DNA of 43,607 nucleotides from positions 1-43,607 of IMG/VR virus record IMGVR_UViG_2541047966_000006; one strand, written 5' to 3'. Both the position numbers and the translations under genes were made by a program. A model generated the notes under the pieces. The model was not told where the DNA came from. It searched no databases and saw nothing but the letters and a program-made list of their open reading frames with translations. The stretch comes from a virus (lineage: Duplodnaviria > Heunggongvirae > Uroviricota > Caudoviricetes). Position 1 is the stretch's first letter. Each line of letters starts with the position of its first letter. Shown here piece by piece: positions 1-10,676 of this stretch.

Positions 1-1254
1 ATGCTGGAACAAATGGGCATTGCCGCGAAGCAAGCCTCGTATAAATTAGCGCAACTCTCCAGCCGCGAAAAAAATCGTGTGCTGGAAAAAATCGCCGATG
101 AACTGGAAGCACAAAGCGAAAGTATCCTCAACGCTAACGCGCAGGATGTTGCAGACGCGCGTGCCAATGGCCTTAGCGAAGCGATGCTTGACCGTCTGGC
201 ACTGACGCCCGCACGGCTGAAAGGCATTGCCGACGATGTGCGCCAGGTGTGCAATCTCGCCGATCCGGTGGGGCAGGTAATCGATGGCGGCGTACTGGAC
301 AGCGGCCTGCGTCTGGAGCGCCGTCGCGTGCCGCTGGGGGTGATTGGCGTGATTTATGAAGCGCGCCCGAACGTGACGGTTGATGTTGCTTCCCTGTGCC
401 TGAAAACCGGTAACGCGGTGATCCTGCGCGGCGGCAAAGAAACCTGTCGCACTAACGCTGCAACGGTAGCGGTGATTCAGGACGCCCTGAAATCCTGCGG
501 CTTACCGGCGGGTGCCGTGCAGGCAATTGATAATCCTGACCGTGCGCTGGTCAGTGAAATGCTGCGTATGGATAAATACATCGACATGCTGATCCCGCGC
601 GGTGGGGCTGGTTTGCATAAACTGTGCCGCGAGCAGTCGACAATCCCGGTGATCACAGGCGGTATAGGCGTATGCCATATTTACGTTGATGAAAGCGCAG
701 AGATCGCTGAAGTATTAAAAGTGATCGTCAACGCGAAAACTCAGCGACCAAGCACATGTAATACGGTAGAAACCTTGCTGGTAAATAAAAACATCGCCGA
801 TAGCTTCCTGCCCGCATTAAGCAAGCAAATGGCGGAAAGCGGCGTGACGTTACACGCAGATGCTGCTGCGCTGGCGCAGTTGCAGACAGGCCCCGCGAAG
901 GTGGTGGCGGTTAAAGCCGAAGAGTATGACGATGAGTTTCTGTCATTAGATTTGAACGTCAAAATCGTTAGCGATCTTGACGATGCCATCGCCCATATTC
1001 GTGAACACGGCACGCAACACTCCGATGCGATCCTGACCCGCGATATGCGCAACGCCCAGCGTTTTGTTAACGAAGTGGATTCCTCCGCTGTTTACGTTAA
1101 CGCCTCTACGCGTTTTACCGACGGCGGCCAGTTTGGACTGGGGGCGGAAGTTGCGGTAAGCACACAAAAACTCCACGCGCGCGGCCCAATGGGGCTGGAA
1201 GCACTGACCACTTATAAGTGGATCGGCATTGGTGATTACACCATTCGTGCGTAA
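1..1254 (+). CDS. proA: gamma-glutamyl phosphate reductase (host gene, full length 417 aa)
   Basis: 417-aa ORF starting at base 1; near-identical to my recollection of E. coli ProA along its whole length. Confidence 0.95.
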   Translation: MLEQMGIAAKQASYKLAQLSSREKNRVLEKIADELEAQSESILNANAQDVADARANGLSEAMLDRLALTPARLKGIADDVRQVCNLADPVGQVIDGGVLDSGLRLERRRVPLGVIGVIYEARPNVTVDVASLCLKTGNAVILRGGKETCRTNAATVAVIQDALKSCGLPAGAVQAIDNPDRALVSEMLRMDKYIDMLIPRGGAGLHKLCREQSTIPVITGGIGVCHIYVDESAEIAEVLKVIVNAKTQRPSTCNTVETLLVNKNIADSFLPALSKQMAESGVTLHADAAALAQLQTGPAKVVAVKAEEYDDEFLSLDLNVKIVSDLDDAIAHIREHGTQHSDAILTRDMRNAQRFVNEVDSSAVYVNASTRFTDGGQFGLGAEVAVSTQKLHARGPMGLEALTTYKWIGIGDYTIRA

Positions 1255-1368
1255 ATAAAACCGGGTGATGCAAAAGTAGCCATTTGATTCACAAGGCCAT
1301 TGACGCATCGCCCGGTTAGTTTTAACCTTGTCCACCGTGATTCACGTTCGTGAACATGTCCTTTCAGG

Positions 1369-1444
1369 GCCGATATAGCTCAGTTGGTAGAGCAGCGCAT
1401 TCGTAATGCGAAGGTCGTAGGTTCGACTCCTATTATCGGCACCA
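1369..1444 (+). tRNA. thrW: tRNA-Thr (anticodon CGU), integration target
   Basis: 76-nt sequence GCCGATATAGCTCAGTTGGTAGAGCAGCGCATTCGTAATGCG...GGCACCA with cloverleaf-compatible arms, anticodon CGT, 3' CCA; sits directly after proA as thrW does in E. coli. Confidence 0.9.
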
Positions 1445-1446
1445 TT
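1399..1446 (+). repeat. att core within thrW (left prophage junction)
   Basis: 48-bp ATTCGTAATGCGAAGGTCGTAGGTTCGACTCCTATTATCGGCACCATT, identical to 42110..42157. Confidence 0.85.
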
Positions 1447-1458
1447 TAAATCAATAAG

Positions 1459-2619
1459 TTACCTCACATTTAAGTAAACCACGTTCTCCTCTTGTGCCGT
1501 ATTTGTGCCATTGCGACTTATAATCGCATCGATTTTGCTCGCGTGCTCGGTGAGATGCCCGGCTGAAAGGTGAGCGTATCTTTGAACCATTTCGAGAGTT
1601 TCCCATCCTCCCATCTCTTTAAGTGCAAGAAGAGAGACACCGGACTGAACCAGCCAGCTTGCCCAAGTATGCCTCAAGTCATGGAATCGGAAGTTGCTAA
1701 TGCCTGCCCGCTTTAACGCTCCCTTCCATGCCTTGTTGCTGTCGGTTCTCATCTTCCTTACCGCTGCTGTTTTTGTTCCGTCGCTTCGGTAGGCAGGTTT
1801 GGTGTGGACAAATACCCATCTCTTATGGAGACCCTGCTGTTTTCTTAATATCTGGCATGCGGTTTCGTTAAGAGGAACTCCGATCGCATTGCCAGCTTTT
1901 GTTTCATCAGGGTGCATCCATGCCATTTTCTTATCCAGATCGACCTGTGACCACTCAAGGTCTGTAACGTTGGAGCGGCGAAGGCCTGTCGTGATTGCAA
2001 ACATGACAACAGGGAAGAAATGAGGAGCTATTTCTGCAAACAGGCGCTTTGATTCTTCTTCTGTAAGCCATCTAATGCGTCCATTCTTAACGCGTGGTGT
2101 TGATATTTTTGGCGCCCTGTCAATCCATCCCCATTCAACAGCCATATTGAGAATGGCGCGAAGTATTGCCAGATGCCTCGTCTTCGTTCCTTTGCTTGCC
2201 AGCTTTGGTTTATACTCCGGCACTGGCTTGCCAAGCCGCAAACACCTGTCCCGGCTCATCTCCCAGTTCAGGCGATGGCGGCGGTTTTCCATCCCGTCTA
2301 CCGCCTCCATTATTTTTTCTGTTGTTATGTCAGAGAGAATGGTTTCTCTGAAGTGCAACATCCAGAACGATATAATGCTCTTGTCATCATCAATGGACTT
2401 CTTATCCGATTTCTCACGCAGCCACCGTATGCAGGCTTCCTTGAATAGCTTTTTCGGCGATTCCCCGAGATTTTTTACTCTCCACGCTTCTGCTTTCAGA
2501 CGATCGTGAAGTTCTTGCGCTTGCCTTTTGTCCGATGTTTCAAGAGAGCGTCTAACTCTTGATCCATCTGGCGCGACGAAATCGCAGTGCCACGTGCCAC
2601 CGCGTAGTTTGATTGACAT
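1459..2619 (-). CDS. int: tyrosine integrase, P22 Int-like
   Basis: 386-aa ORF adjacent to tRNA; strong similarity to P22 Int as recalled; C-terminal HDLRHTWASWLVQ...VQRYAHL catalytic motifs; SD CAGGAGG upstream of ATG. Confidence 0.9.
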   Translation of the reverse strand: MSIKLRGGTWHCDFVAPDGSRVRRSLETSDKRQAQELHDRLKAEAWRVKNLGESPKKLFKEACIRWLREKSDKKSIDDDKSIISFWMLHFRETILSDITTEKIMEAVDGMENRRHRLNWEMSRDRCLRLGKPVPEYKPKLASKGTKTRHLAILRAILNMAVEWGWIDRAPKISTPRVKNGRIRWLTEEESKRLFAEIAPHFFPVVMFAITTGLRRSNVTDLEWSQVDLDKKMAWMHPDETKAGNAIGVPLNETACQILRKQQGLHKRWVFVHTKPAYRSDGTKTAAVRKMRTDSNKAWKGALKRAGISNFRFHDLRHTWASWLVQSGVSLLALKEMGGWETLEMVQRYAHLSAGHLTEHASKIDAIISRNGTNTAQEENVVYLNVR

Positions 2620-2843
2620 GCTTTAACCTCCTGCACATCAACCGCATTCACCGCGCTATTGTGTCTCACAGACTTAAGCGCCGCAATGCAGTCTGACTTG
2701 CAAATGCGATATGGGCTTTTAGGTTTATCTGGATTTATCTTTGCGGCCTGAAGTCGTCCACTTCGTATCCACTGCGTGATAGTGCCTTTGTCTACCTTCA
2801 GATACGACGCAGCTTCTTCACGAGTGAAGATTTCTTCTTCCAC
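2496..2843 (-). CDS. xis: excisionase-like DNA-binding protein
   Basis: 115-aa ORF immediately upstream of int, overlapping its 5' end; HTH-like segment FTREEAASYLKVDKGTITQWIRSGRL; GTG start with GGAGA SD; extent of overlap uncertain. Confidence 0.6.
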   Translation of the reverse strand: MEEEIFTREEAASYLKVDKGTITQWIRSGRLQAAKINPDKPKSPYRICKSDCIAALKSVRHNSAVNAVDVQEVKACQSNYAVARGTAISSRQMDQELDALLKHRTKGKRKNFTIV

Positions 2844-2951
2844 TTGGAATCTCCATTTATTGAATTGGTATTATTGCGGTAGGTCTGGATATCTTGAGAA
2901 ATGAACAGGCCTCATCGAGTGTGAGGCGGTGTGATTTCTTTATTTCCACTC

Positions 2952-3167
2952 TTAATGTTTGTCAGTGAATGGTTTCTCCATCTCCATTAATGCCTTATTC
3001 ATCTCATTTCGTAACTCTATAGCCATCCTGACGGCTTCAACTTGTGCAGGATGTCGGTTAATTGCTGGAGAATATCGTCGGGAGCGAAGGATTGAGAAAA
3101 CAAAGATAATGCAAGCAACTATCTGAATTGCATTGCATGTTATTGATACAATGTGAATTGCAGCCAT
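2952..3167 (-). CDS. hypothetical small protein with hydrophobic N-terminus
   Basis: 71-aa ORF in early-left operon orientation; ATG start; N-terminal hydrophobic stretch; no recognised homolog. Confidence 0.3.
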   Translation of the reverse strand: MAAIHIVSITCNAIQIVACIIFVFSILRSRRYSPAINRHPAQVEAVRMAIELRNEMNKALMEMEKPFTDKH

Positions 3168-3191
3168 CTACTACCCCCAAAAAAACCGCCA

Positions 3192-3359
3192 TCAGGCGTT
3201 TTGGTGTTCTTTCAGTTCTTCAATTCGAATATTGGTTACGTCTGCATGTGCTATCTGCACCCACAGCATCCAGTGGTCATAGCAGTCATTGATGTTCTCT
3301 GCTTCGATAACTCTGTTGAATGGTTCTCCATTCCATTCACCTGTAACTCGGAAGTGCAT
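3192..3359 (-). CDS. hypothetical small protein (55 aa)
   Basis: Hand-translated ORF MHFRVTGEWNGEPFNRVIEAENINDCYDHWMLWVQIAHADVTNIRIEELKEHQNA with SD GGAGATG 5 nt upstream; below the ORF-track size cut-off. Confidence 0.3.
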   Translation of the reverse strand: MHFRVTGEWNGEPFNRVIEAENINDCYDHWMLWVQIAHADVTNIRIEELKEHQNA

Positions 3360-3431
3360 TTATCATCTCCATAAAACAAAACTCGCCGTAGCGAGTTCAG
3401 ATAAAAGAAATCCCCGCGAGTTCGAGGATTG

Positions 3432-3716
3432 TTATTCATTGCCGATATTCACCTTTATCGCGAACACCTTTACCGGTTTATCGCCGAAGTGCGGATGTGT
3501 GATTGTCTTGATTTCATATCCGTCATACGGAACATCAATTCTACGGCTGGAATCGTCGCGCTTCGGATATCCCTTTGTGATAATCAGGCGATCATACTCC
3601 CGGAACATAATTCGCTTATTCCAGTAGTCATTACACAGGCGATACTCTTCCGTTTTCTCTCTGCGAATCATGGCATCGAAGTATTCACCTTTAACGGCAA
3701 GTTGTAGGTTAGCCAA
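3432..3716 (-). CDS. ASCH-domain-like protein (putative RNA-binding)
   Basis: ORF with AVKGEYFDAMIRREKTEEYR motif typical of ASCH domains; probable TTG start at 3716 preceded by AGGAGG and overlapping the upstream stop. Confidence 0.45.
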   Translation of the reverse strand: MANLQLAVKGEYFDAMIRREKTEEYRLCNDYWNKRIMFREYDRLIITKGYPKRDDSSRRIDVPYDGYEIKTITHPHFGDKPVKVFAIKVNIGNE

Positions 3717-4752
3717 GGTTAACCTCCTGCGGCGGTTCTGCTGCAAAATACGCAATACCTTTATCCCAGATGGATTTTATGGTCGTCCATGTGACTGGTA
3801 CTTTAATTTCAATCCGCCCGCTACCGTCACAGGTATCGCAATCATCATCGCCAAAGCATTCCGGGCAGCTGATAAACGTAGTTTCTGAAAATTCACCGGA
3901 TAGCGCACCCTTAGCGCCGTTCTCGGCTGTTAGTCTCTTCGGCACCATGACCCAACCATCCGGAGTTACCGGAGAGTTGCCCGACAGCTTGTTCAACTTG
4001 TAAGTCTGGCTTACAGGTTTGGCACCATGAAGCATGGCGGCACGACAGGCGTTCCAGCCTCTCACCTCTGCAATAGCTGCAACCGCATCAACCGCATACA
4101 TGCTAAGAGGGTTCGGCATTGGTTTTTCTTCCGGTACTACTGGCGATGGCTGTTTAGCTTCTAAATCAGCAATTCTGTCAACTACGGCATCTACTGCATC
4201 TGAAAAACTGAAACAGTTACTCCATTCCGGCCTGTTCCCGGTTGCTGCAAAATACATATCAGCTAAAGCATACTCAGCATGGTCACGCTCGTTGATGAGT
4301 TGCTCTTCGCTTTTCTCCAGTTCAGCAATACGCTTACTCCCATCCGAGATAACGCCCTCGTAATACTCACGCTGCTCGTTGAGTTTTGATTTTGCTGCTT
4401 CAAGCTCAACGCGCAGCTTCCCTACCGTAAGCGCAATATCCTCGTTCTCCTGGTCGCGGCGTTTGATGTATTGCTGGTTTCTTTCCAGCTCATCCAGCAG
4501 CGCCAAGACGGTAGCGGGATTGGCTGCGGCGATGAATTCAGCATTGGCCTGCTGTTCCATTTGGAAATCTTCATCGAAACCGCTTTCTGGATGCGCCCCT
4601 TCAATTCTGCAAATGGGAATATATCCAGCAGCCTCGCGATGAATTAGAGCATCATCACCATCAAATCGGCCCTCTCCATATTCGAGCGACCACTCGCCAC
4701 ACGTTGCTTTTTCTGCCTTAGCACGCAGTGCCTGATAATCAATCTGGCTCAC
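3709..4752 (-). CDS. Ead/Ea22-like protein with C-terminal Cys-rich (zinc-ribbon-like) domain
   Basis: 347-aa acidic coiled-coil-rich protein in the int-proximal early-left region; resembles lambdoid Ea22 family; C-terminus CPECFGDDDCDTCDGSG. Confidence 0.65.
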   Translation of the reverse strand: MSQIDYQALRAKAEKATCGEWSLEYGEGRFDGDDALIHREAAGYIPICRIEGAHPESGFDEDFQMEQQANAEFIAAANPATVLALLDELERNQQYIKRRDQENEDIALTVGKLRVELEAAKSKLNEQREYYEGVISDGSKRIAELEKSEEQLINERDHAEYALADMYFAATGNRPEWSNCFSFSDAVDAVVDRIADLEAKQPSPVVPEEKPMPNPLSMYAVDAVAAIAEVRGWNACRAAMLHGAKPVSQTYKLNKLSGNSPVTPDGWVMVPKRLTAENGAKGALSGEFSETTFISCPECFGDDDCDTCDGSGRIEIKVPVTWTTIKSIWDKGIAYFAAEPPQEVNLG

Positions 4753-5354
4753 TGGTTGCCTCCTTTGCGAAGCTGGGCAGCAAAGTCAACTAACCACTCA
4801 GTCATTTCAACCTTCCCTACCAGGTCTGAACCAGGGTGCATACAGCAATCACTCTGCGCCGCTTTGAAATCCTTATACTCATATTCTTGGGCCACCAGAT
4901 TTTTTGCAGCTTCTATAGCAGCATCCACCCCCTGCGCCCGCACTTCAGACAGGAAAGCATCGGTAGCTGGAGTTTCGATATCGTTAATTTCAGGAAGAAT
5001 CTCTTCCCATGTAGCGATATCGCCATTCAAATGCCATCCGGCAATTCCACTGGAGTTATCCGCAACACTCCGAACGGCTTCAATAGTTTCATGCATTGCC
5101 GCATTCTCCGCCGCAAGCGCCGAAAACTTCTCGTGTGCCAACTTAACAGCTGCATCAGCCTGCTTAATTGACTCAATCGCTCTCTGCTGGTCTTCGGACA
5201 GAGCCGAAATCTTGGCCTCCGCTTCAGCAAATTTACGCACCAGATATTCAGCATTTGTTTCGTTAACCTTTAAATCTCGTGGGATGCATTTACCTTTCAG
5301 AAAACCATCCATCTCAATTAGTGACATTTGTTTCATTTCTTCCCACTCCGCCAC
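4749..5354 (-). CDS. Ea22-like early protein
   Basis: 201-aa acidic ORF; start may be the internal ATG at 5336 (ATGA overlap with an upstream small ORF). Confidence 0.55.
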   Translation of the reverse strand: MAEWEEMKQMSLIEMDGFLKGKCIPRDLKVNETNAEYLVRKFAEAEAKISALSEDQQRAIESIKQADAAVKLAHEKFSALAAENAAMHETIEAVRSVADNSSGIAGWHLNGDIATWEEILPEINDIETPATDAFLSEVRAQGVDAAIEAAKNLVAQEYEYKDFKAAQSDCCMHPGSDLVGKVEMTEWLVDFAAQLRKGGNQ

Positions 5355-5497
5355 ATCGCATTCAGATATTTGTTTTGATTCACTGATGGAAAAGAATTTC
5401 TCTTAAGCAATTCCTCTCTCGATGGCATTGGCTTTACGCGTTGGCGAATAATCATTTCTGCTGGAAGAATGCCGGGATTGTATGCAAGTCCTCTCAT
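5333..5497 (-). CDS. hypothetical small protein (54 aa)
   Basis: Hand-translated [28 protein letters not shown]... with SD GAGGAA; stop overlaps downstream start (ATGA). Confidence 0.3.
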   Translation of the reverse strand: MRGLAYNPGILPAEMIIRQRVKPMPSREELLKRNSFPSVNQNKYLNAMWRSGKK

Positions 5498-5513
5498 GGT
5501 AAATTCCTCTTTG

Positions 5514-5828
5514 TTAATTTATTCGTATGCCTGTTCTCTCTTCATCGAGTTTTTTTAGCTTGTATCGCATAGCTCTTACTGAATAAATTGAGCGGCAGGT
5601 TGCAATTGCTATTTCTTCTGCGGAGAACTTACCGAAAAGTGATACTTCGGCTCTTGTCCATCGTCTTCCACGAAGTCGGCTAACAATGTCAGCGCCAATC
5701 CTTGTTGCTTTCGCCATTACTGCTTTTTCAGTCCTTTCCAGTTTTTCAGCGATAACTTCAACTGGCATTGTCGCCGCCACTTCGCGCAAGAAATCGACTT
5801 CCCATTTCTCCCATGGAGTCTTTTTCAT
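5514..5828 (-). CDS. hypothetical early protein with two HTH-like repeats
   Basis: 104-aa ORF, 4-bp spacing patterns with neighbours; internal repeat W-x-x-W-E/W-T-R-A-E ... EEIA. Confidence 0.45.
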   Translation of the reverse strand: MKKTPWEKWEVDFLREVAATMPVEVIAEKLERTEKAVMAKATRIGADIVSRLRGRRWTRAEVSLFGKFSAEEIAIATCRSIYSVRAMRYKLKKLDEERTGIRIN

Positions 5829-5839
5829 AGGCGATACAA

Positions 5840-6328
5840 TTATTTGATAAGAAGTGAAGGTTTCCCAACTTTGAGTTGAGCACCGGGGATATTTATTCCT
5901 GCTTTTAGTTGGTGTTTGATTGCCAGTTTGTCGGCTTTAATTGTCGTTTCAAACTCAACGTATTCAGGAGGAATGGCGCTTGAGTCGATGATTTCTACAG
6001 TTTCTGACGGTTTGCGGATTGTTACCTGGTGAATACCTGCTCGAATCTTTTTCTTGCCAACCATTTCAAGCGATGACGCTATATACGCCATAATGCTGTC
6101 AATCTTATTTTGAATTACTGCGGCTCGCTCATTTAGTGACTTTGCCTCTTCCTTGAGGCGTTCAGCATAACCAGATTCATTTTTAATAATGGCGAGAAGT
6201 TGCTCTATTTTATCGGTAAATTCTCCTTCCATGCCTTCTATTGTGTCAGCAATCATCTCTGGCTCTAAATCTGAATCCATCAATTTTGCGTATTCATTGG
6301 CAATTTCATACAGTTTGCTCACTGGCAA
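5840..6328 (-). CDS. Siphovirus Gp157-like protein (RecT-associated)
   Basis: 162-aa ORF directly downstream of recT, overlapping its stop; N-terminal LYEIANEYAKLMD...coiled coil and C-terminal PPEYVEF pattern resemble Gp157 family as I recall it. Confidence 0.5.
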   Translation of the reverse strand: MPVSKLYEIANEYAKLMDSDLEPEMIADTIEGMEGEFTDKIEQLLAIIKNESGYAERLKEEAKSLNERAAVIQNKIDSIMAYIASSLEMVGKKKIRAGIHQVTIRKPSETVEIIDSSAIPPEYVEFETTIKADKLAIKHQLKAGINIPGAQLKVGKPSLLIK

Positions 6329-7208
6329 CCTCCAGTTTCGCTTTGCATTCTGCGTAAATGGCTTGTACGTTCTGCTGCAATTTCATTCCAGCTGTCAGGC
6401 GATATGCTTCTGCAAAATATCGCTTCAAATCATCCATGTTTTCTGCCTGAGCCATTTCATCACAAAGAAGTTGTGCTTTATCCATTATTTCCTGCTGGCG
6501 TTTCCGTTCATCTTCGCGTATATCTTCCTCTGATTTGTGCGGCATAACTGGTTCAGTCCATACACCTTCTTCTTCATTTAATACGTGAATAGCACTATCA
6601 AGACGTGATGCTTTAGGCCAGTATTTGCTGGCGCGTTTAACTATTGTTTTACGTGCCATCTCTTCCCAGAATGTCTTCCACGGTCCATTCTTTGCCTTGC
6701 TCGTTGCTTCCACAGCTTTAATTTCTGCCAGACTCATTTCTTCAGTCAGGTAGTCACCATCTGCTGTTTTAACCGTGCAATAACCACCAACAATAGAGCC
6801 TCGCTCACCAAATGCGGTGTATTTGTGGGTTGGCGCTGAATCAAGGCCGTTTGATTCATAGGTGTCGTTTGAGTACACCAGTTTACATTGCCCCCACTTA
6901 ATTGATCCTGTCGACTGTGCAAGGTGAAGTAATCCCATATAGCTGATATCAAGGCAAACCATGCCGTCGCGCGGAACTAGATAAGCAAGTTTGCTGGCCG
7001 GGTTTAAGGTGATGCCGATCGCCGCAACATTGATGATGGCGTTCTGTGCGCTGGTTGGATTTGCCAGTGCCGTTTTAGCCAGGTAATCATTTTTCTGGAA
7101 ATACTGAATTGCAAACTGGCTTTCCTTAGCCCATGTCACCGTCTGTTCAGTCAATGCTCCGCAGAATAACTGCTCTTGCTGTTTAACGAATTCAACGATA
7201 TTGCTCAT
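6306..7208 (-). CDS. recT: RecT-family single-strand annealing recombinase
   Basis: 300-aa ORF; RecT/Bet-like sequence features recalled from memory; position in the recombination module of the early-left operon. Confidence 0.8.
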   Translation of the reverse strand: MSNIVEFVKQQEQLFCGALTEQTVTWAKESQFAIQYFQKNDYLAKTALANPTSAQNAIINVAAIGITLNPASKLAYLVPRDGMVCLDISYMGLLHLAQSTGSIKWGQCKLVYSNDTYESNGLDSAPTHKYTAFGERGSIVGGYCTVKTADGDYLTEEMSLAEIKAVEATSKAKNGPWKTFWEEMARKTIVKRASKYWPKASRLDSAIHVLNEEEGVWTEPVMPHKSEEDIREDERKRQQEIMDKAQLLCDEMAQAENMDDLKRYFAEAYRLTAGMKLQQNVQAIYAECKAKLEVASEQTV

Positions 7209-7516
7209 GCTGCTTCTCCAAAAATGTGTCTGCGTTTGAATATTGCGAAGGCATATTCAGCCTTAACTCTTTCGGTTATTGCATCCCAGAACCATTCAGC
7301 GGCTTTTTCCTGATAGTTACAGTCATCATCTTCCAGCCAGTCGATAGCGTCCTTAGTGTGTTCATCTGGTTTATATGAGCGAAGCATTTCGCTTATTGGG
7401 TCGCAACGTTTGCAGAGGCGATCAACTTCACTGTTGATTCGCTCGTAATCTTCATCAGTAAAACTTGCGATTATTTGCGATATTTCACGCTTATCATTCA
7501 GAGTCAGAATCATCAT
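7205..7516 (-). CDS. hypothetical early protein (kil-position)
   Basis: 103-aa ORF with ATGA-type overlap with recT start; no recognised domain. Confidence 0.45.
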   Translation of the reverse strand: MMILTLNDKREISQIIASFTDEDYERINSEVDRLCKRCDPISEMLRSYKPDEHTKDAIDWLEDDDCNYQEKAAEWFWDAITERVKAEYAFAIFKRRHIFGEAA

Positions 7517-7597
7517 CTTTCTCCTGTTCTTTGTGCTGATTGAGCATTTTGTTCATCTGACGAATGAATTCTTCGTCTGACCAGTTATCCGTAAAAC

Positions 7598-7768
7598 TCA
7601 TGGACGGCCTTGTTGTTTCAAAATATCCCAAAGCTTTTCGAGCAAACTTTTCATTCTTGGTTGTTTAAAGTCTGCTCCGGTTAAAATATTTTTTCGTGAA
7701 TGCTGCACCGATAAAATCGGGTTGAAAGGGCGAACCGATGCCGCCCCTGCAATAGCGAACTGTTGCAT
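7598..7768 (-). CDS. cIII-like protease inhibitor peptide (56 aa)
   Basis: Hand-translated MQQFAIAGAASVRPF...KSLLEKLWDILKQQGRP; resembles lambda CIII (MQYAIAG...LIDILNQPGVP); SD AAGGAG upstream. Confidence 0.45.
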   Translation of the reverse strand: MQQFAIAGAASVRPFNPILSVQHSRKNILTGADFKQPRMKSLLEKLWDILKQQGRP

Positions 7769-7843
7769 AGGATGCTCCTTCTGTTTGATTGCATAACGAA
7801 AACGCCTCGAGTGAAGCGTTATTGGTATGCGGTAAAGCCGCGC

Positions 7844-8212
7844 TCAGGCGGCTTTGATAGTCATATCATCTGAATCAAATATTCCAGATGTGTCGATATC
7901 GGTAATTCTTATTCCTTCACTACCATCCATTGGAGGCCATCCTTCCTGACCATTTCCATCATTCCAGTCGAACTCACACACAACACCATATGCATTTAAG
8001 TCGCTTGAAATTGCTATAAGCAGAGCATGTTGCGCCAGCATGATTAATACAGCATTTAATACAGAGCCGTGTTTATTGAGTCGGTATTCAGAGTCTGACC
8101 AGAAATTATTAATCTGGTGAAGTTTTTCCTCTGTCATTACGTCATGGTCGATTTCAATTTCTATTGATGCTTTCCAGTCGTAATCAATGATGTATTTTTT
8201 GATGTTTGACAT
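7844..8212 (-). CDS. hypothetical early protein
   Basis: 122-aa acidic ORF just downstream of the tL1-like terminator in leftward operon. Confidence 0.5.
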   Translation of the reverse strand: MSNIKKYIIDYDWKASIEIEIDHDVMTEEKLHQINNFWSDSEYRLNKHGSVLNAVLIMLAQHALLIAISSDLNAYGVVCEFDWNDGNGQEGWPPMDGSEGIRITDIDTSGIFDSDDMTIKAA

Positions 8213-8230
8213 CTGTTTATATCCTCACAG

Positions 8231-8258
8231 ATAAAAAATCGCCCTCACACTGGAGGGC
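8231..8258 (-). terminator. rho-independent terminator (tL1-like) in early-left operon
   Basis: Minus strand GCCCTC-CAGTGT-GAGGGC hairpin followed by GATTTTTTAT. Confidence 0.55.
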
Positions 8259-8475
8259 AAAGAAGATTTCCAATAATCAGAACAAGTCGGCTCCTGTTTA
8301 GTTACGAGCGACATTGCTCCGTGTATTCACTCGTTGGAATGAATACACAGTGCAGTGTTTATTCTGTTGTTTATGCCAAAAATAAAGGCCACCATCAGGC
8401 AGCCTTGTTGTTCTGTTTACCAGGTTCTCTGGCAATCATTGCCGTAGTTCGTATTGCCCACACCATTGATTCTTA

Positions 8476-8562
8476 TCAATAGTCGTAGTCATACGGATAG
8501 TCCTGGTATTGTTCCATCACATCCTGAGGATGCTCTTCGAACTCTTCAAATTCTTCTTCCAT
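8476..8562 (-). CDS. acidic aromatic microprotein (28 aa), putative
   Basis: ORF MEEEFEEFEEHPQDVMEQYQDYPYDYDY 8 nt downstream of N stop with SD GAGGTGA; coding status unproven. Confidence 0.3.
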   Translation of the reverse strand: MEEEFEEFEEHPQDVMEQYQDYPYDYDY

Positions 8563-8570
8563 ATCTCACC

Positions 8571-8897
8571 TCAAATAAGTGGTTTGCTGCCTAATTTCAT
8601 TTTCTGGCGACCAACACAAGTCACACCCATTTCACTGCGTGGCTTGCTGTACCATGTGCGCTGATTCTTGCGCTCAATACGTTGCAGGTTGCTTTCAATC
8701 TGTTCGTGGTATTCAGCCAGCACCGTAAGGTCTATCGGATTCAGTGCGCTTTCTACTCGTGATTTCAGTTTGCGATTCAGCGAGAGAATAGGGCGATTAA
8801 CTGGTTTTGCGCTTACCCCAACCAACAGGGGATTTGCTGCTTTCCATTGAGCCTGTTTCTCTGCGCGACGTTCGCGGCGGCGTGTTTGTGCATCCAT
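8571..8897 (-). CDS. N: antitermination protein N (lambda-type)
   Basis: Protein from ATG 8897 begins MDAQTRRRERRAEKQAQWKAANPLLVGVSAKPVNRPIL..., near-identical to lambda N (arginine-rich motif); SD AGGAGA. Confidence 0.9.
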   Translation of the reverse strand: MDAQTRRRERRAEKQAQWKAANPLLVGVSAKPVNRPILSLNRKLKSRVESALNPIDLTVLAEYHEQIESNLQRIERKNQRTWYSKPRSEMGVTCVGRQKMKLGSKPLI

Positions 8898-9007
8898 CTG
8901 GATTCTCCTGTCAGTTAGCTTTGAGTAACGCGCCGTGATGCTTATCTCCACGGTTGCTGTCTTGCAGCTGCATTTCGCGCTACTCAAAGCTTTCTGCTTT
9001 GAATGCT

Positions 9008-9038
9008 GCCCTTCTTCAGGGCTAAATTTTTAAGAGCC
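9008..9038 (-). promoter_or_regulatory. nutL (boxB hairpin and boxA)
   Basis: Reverse complement contains GCCCTGAAGAAGGGC (lambda boxB) and CTCTTA boxA-like element between pL and N. Confidence 0.7.
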
Positions 9039-9083
9039 TCACCTTCAATGGTGGTTAGTGCGTCCTGCTGATGGCTTAAAATT

Positions 9084-9151
9084 ACAAGAAAGATTGTATG
9101 TTGTAAACAAGAAATATTGTAAAAAAGGGCGTGAAAAACAAATTCCATTGT
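9084..9151. promoter_or_regulatory. OL operators (three 434-type 14-bp sites) and pL region
   Basis: ACAAGAAAGATTGT (9084..9097), ACAAGAAATATTGT (9107..9120), ACAAATTCCATTGT (9138..9151) match the ACAA-N6-TTGT 434 operator consensus. Confidence 0.75.
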
Positions 9152-9201
9152 TTTTAAACGGAAAATAGTTTGTTTTTTGGTTGTCGAAATCGAGGTGAGG
9201 A

Positions 9202-10560
<1,359 letters not shown>

Positions 10561-10568
10561 GACATTCC

Positions 10569-10600
10569 CGCTCTTACACATCCCAGCCCTGAAAAAGGGC
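10569..10600 (+). promoter_or_regulatory. nutR (boxA CGCTCTTA and boxB hairpin)
   Basis: CGCTCTTACACAT followed by GCCCTGAAAAAGGGC between cro and cII. Confidence 0.75.
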
Positions 10601-10676
10601 ATTACCAGAAACAAATCTCTATGGTTTTGCGTTTCTTTGCGAAGCCAACTCTATCTAATCATTAAGGAAATTATCT

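Noticed and set aside
741-1335. Antisense ORFs inside proA (741..1052, 946..1335)
   Set aside because: Fully embedded in a well-conserved host gene on the opposite strand; no start-site signals.
1799-2509. Plus-strand ORFs inside the integrase gene (1799..2023, 2075..2509, 2166..2351, 2173..2448)
   Set aside because: Antisense to a confidently identified integrase; typical shadow ORFs.
3153-3374. 73-aa plus-strand ORF 3153..3374 in the int-proximal region
   Set aside because: All neighbouring early-left genes are on the minus strand, and a minus-strand 55-aa ORF with an SD occupies the same DNA.
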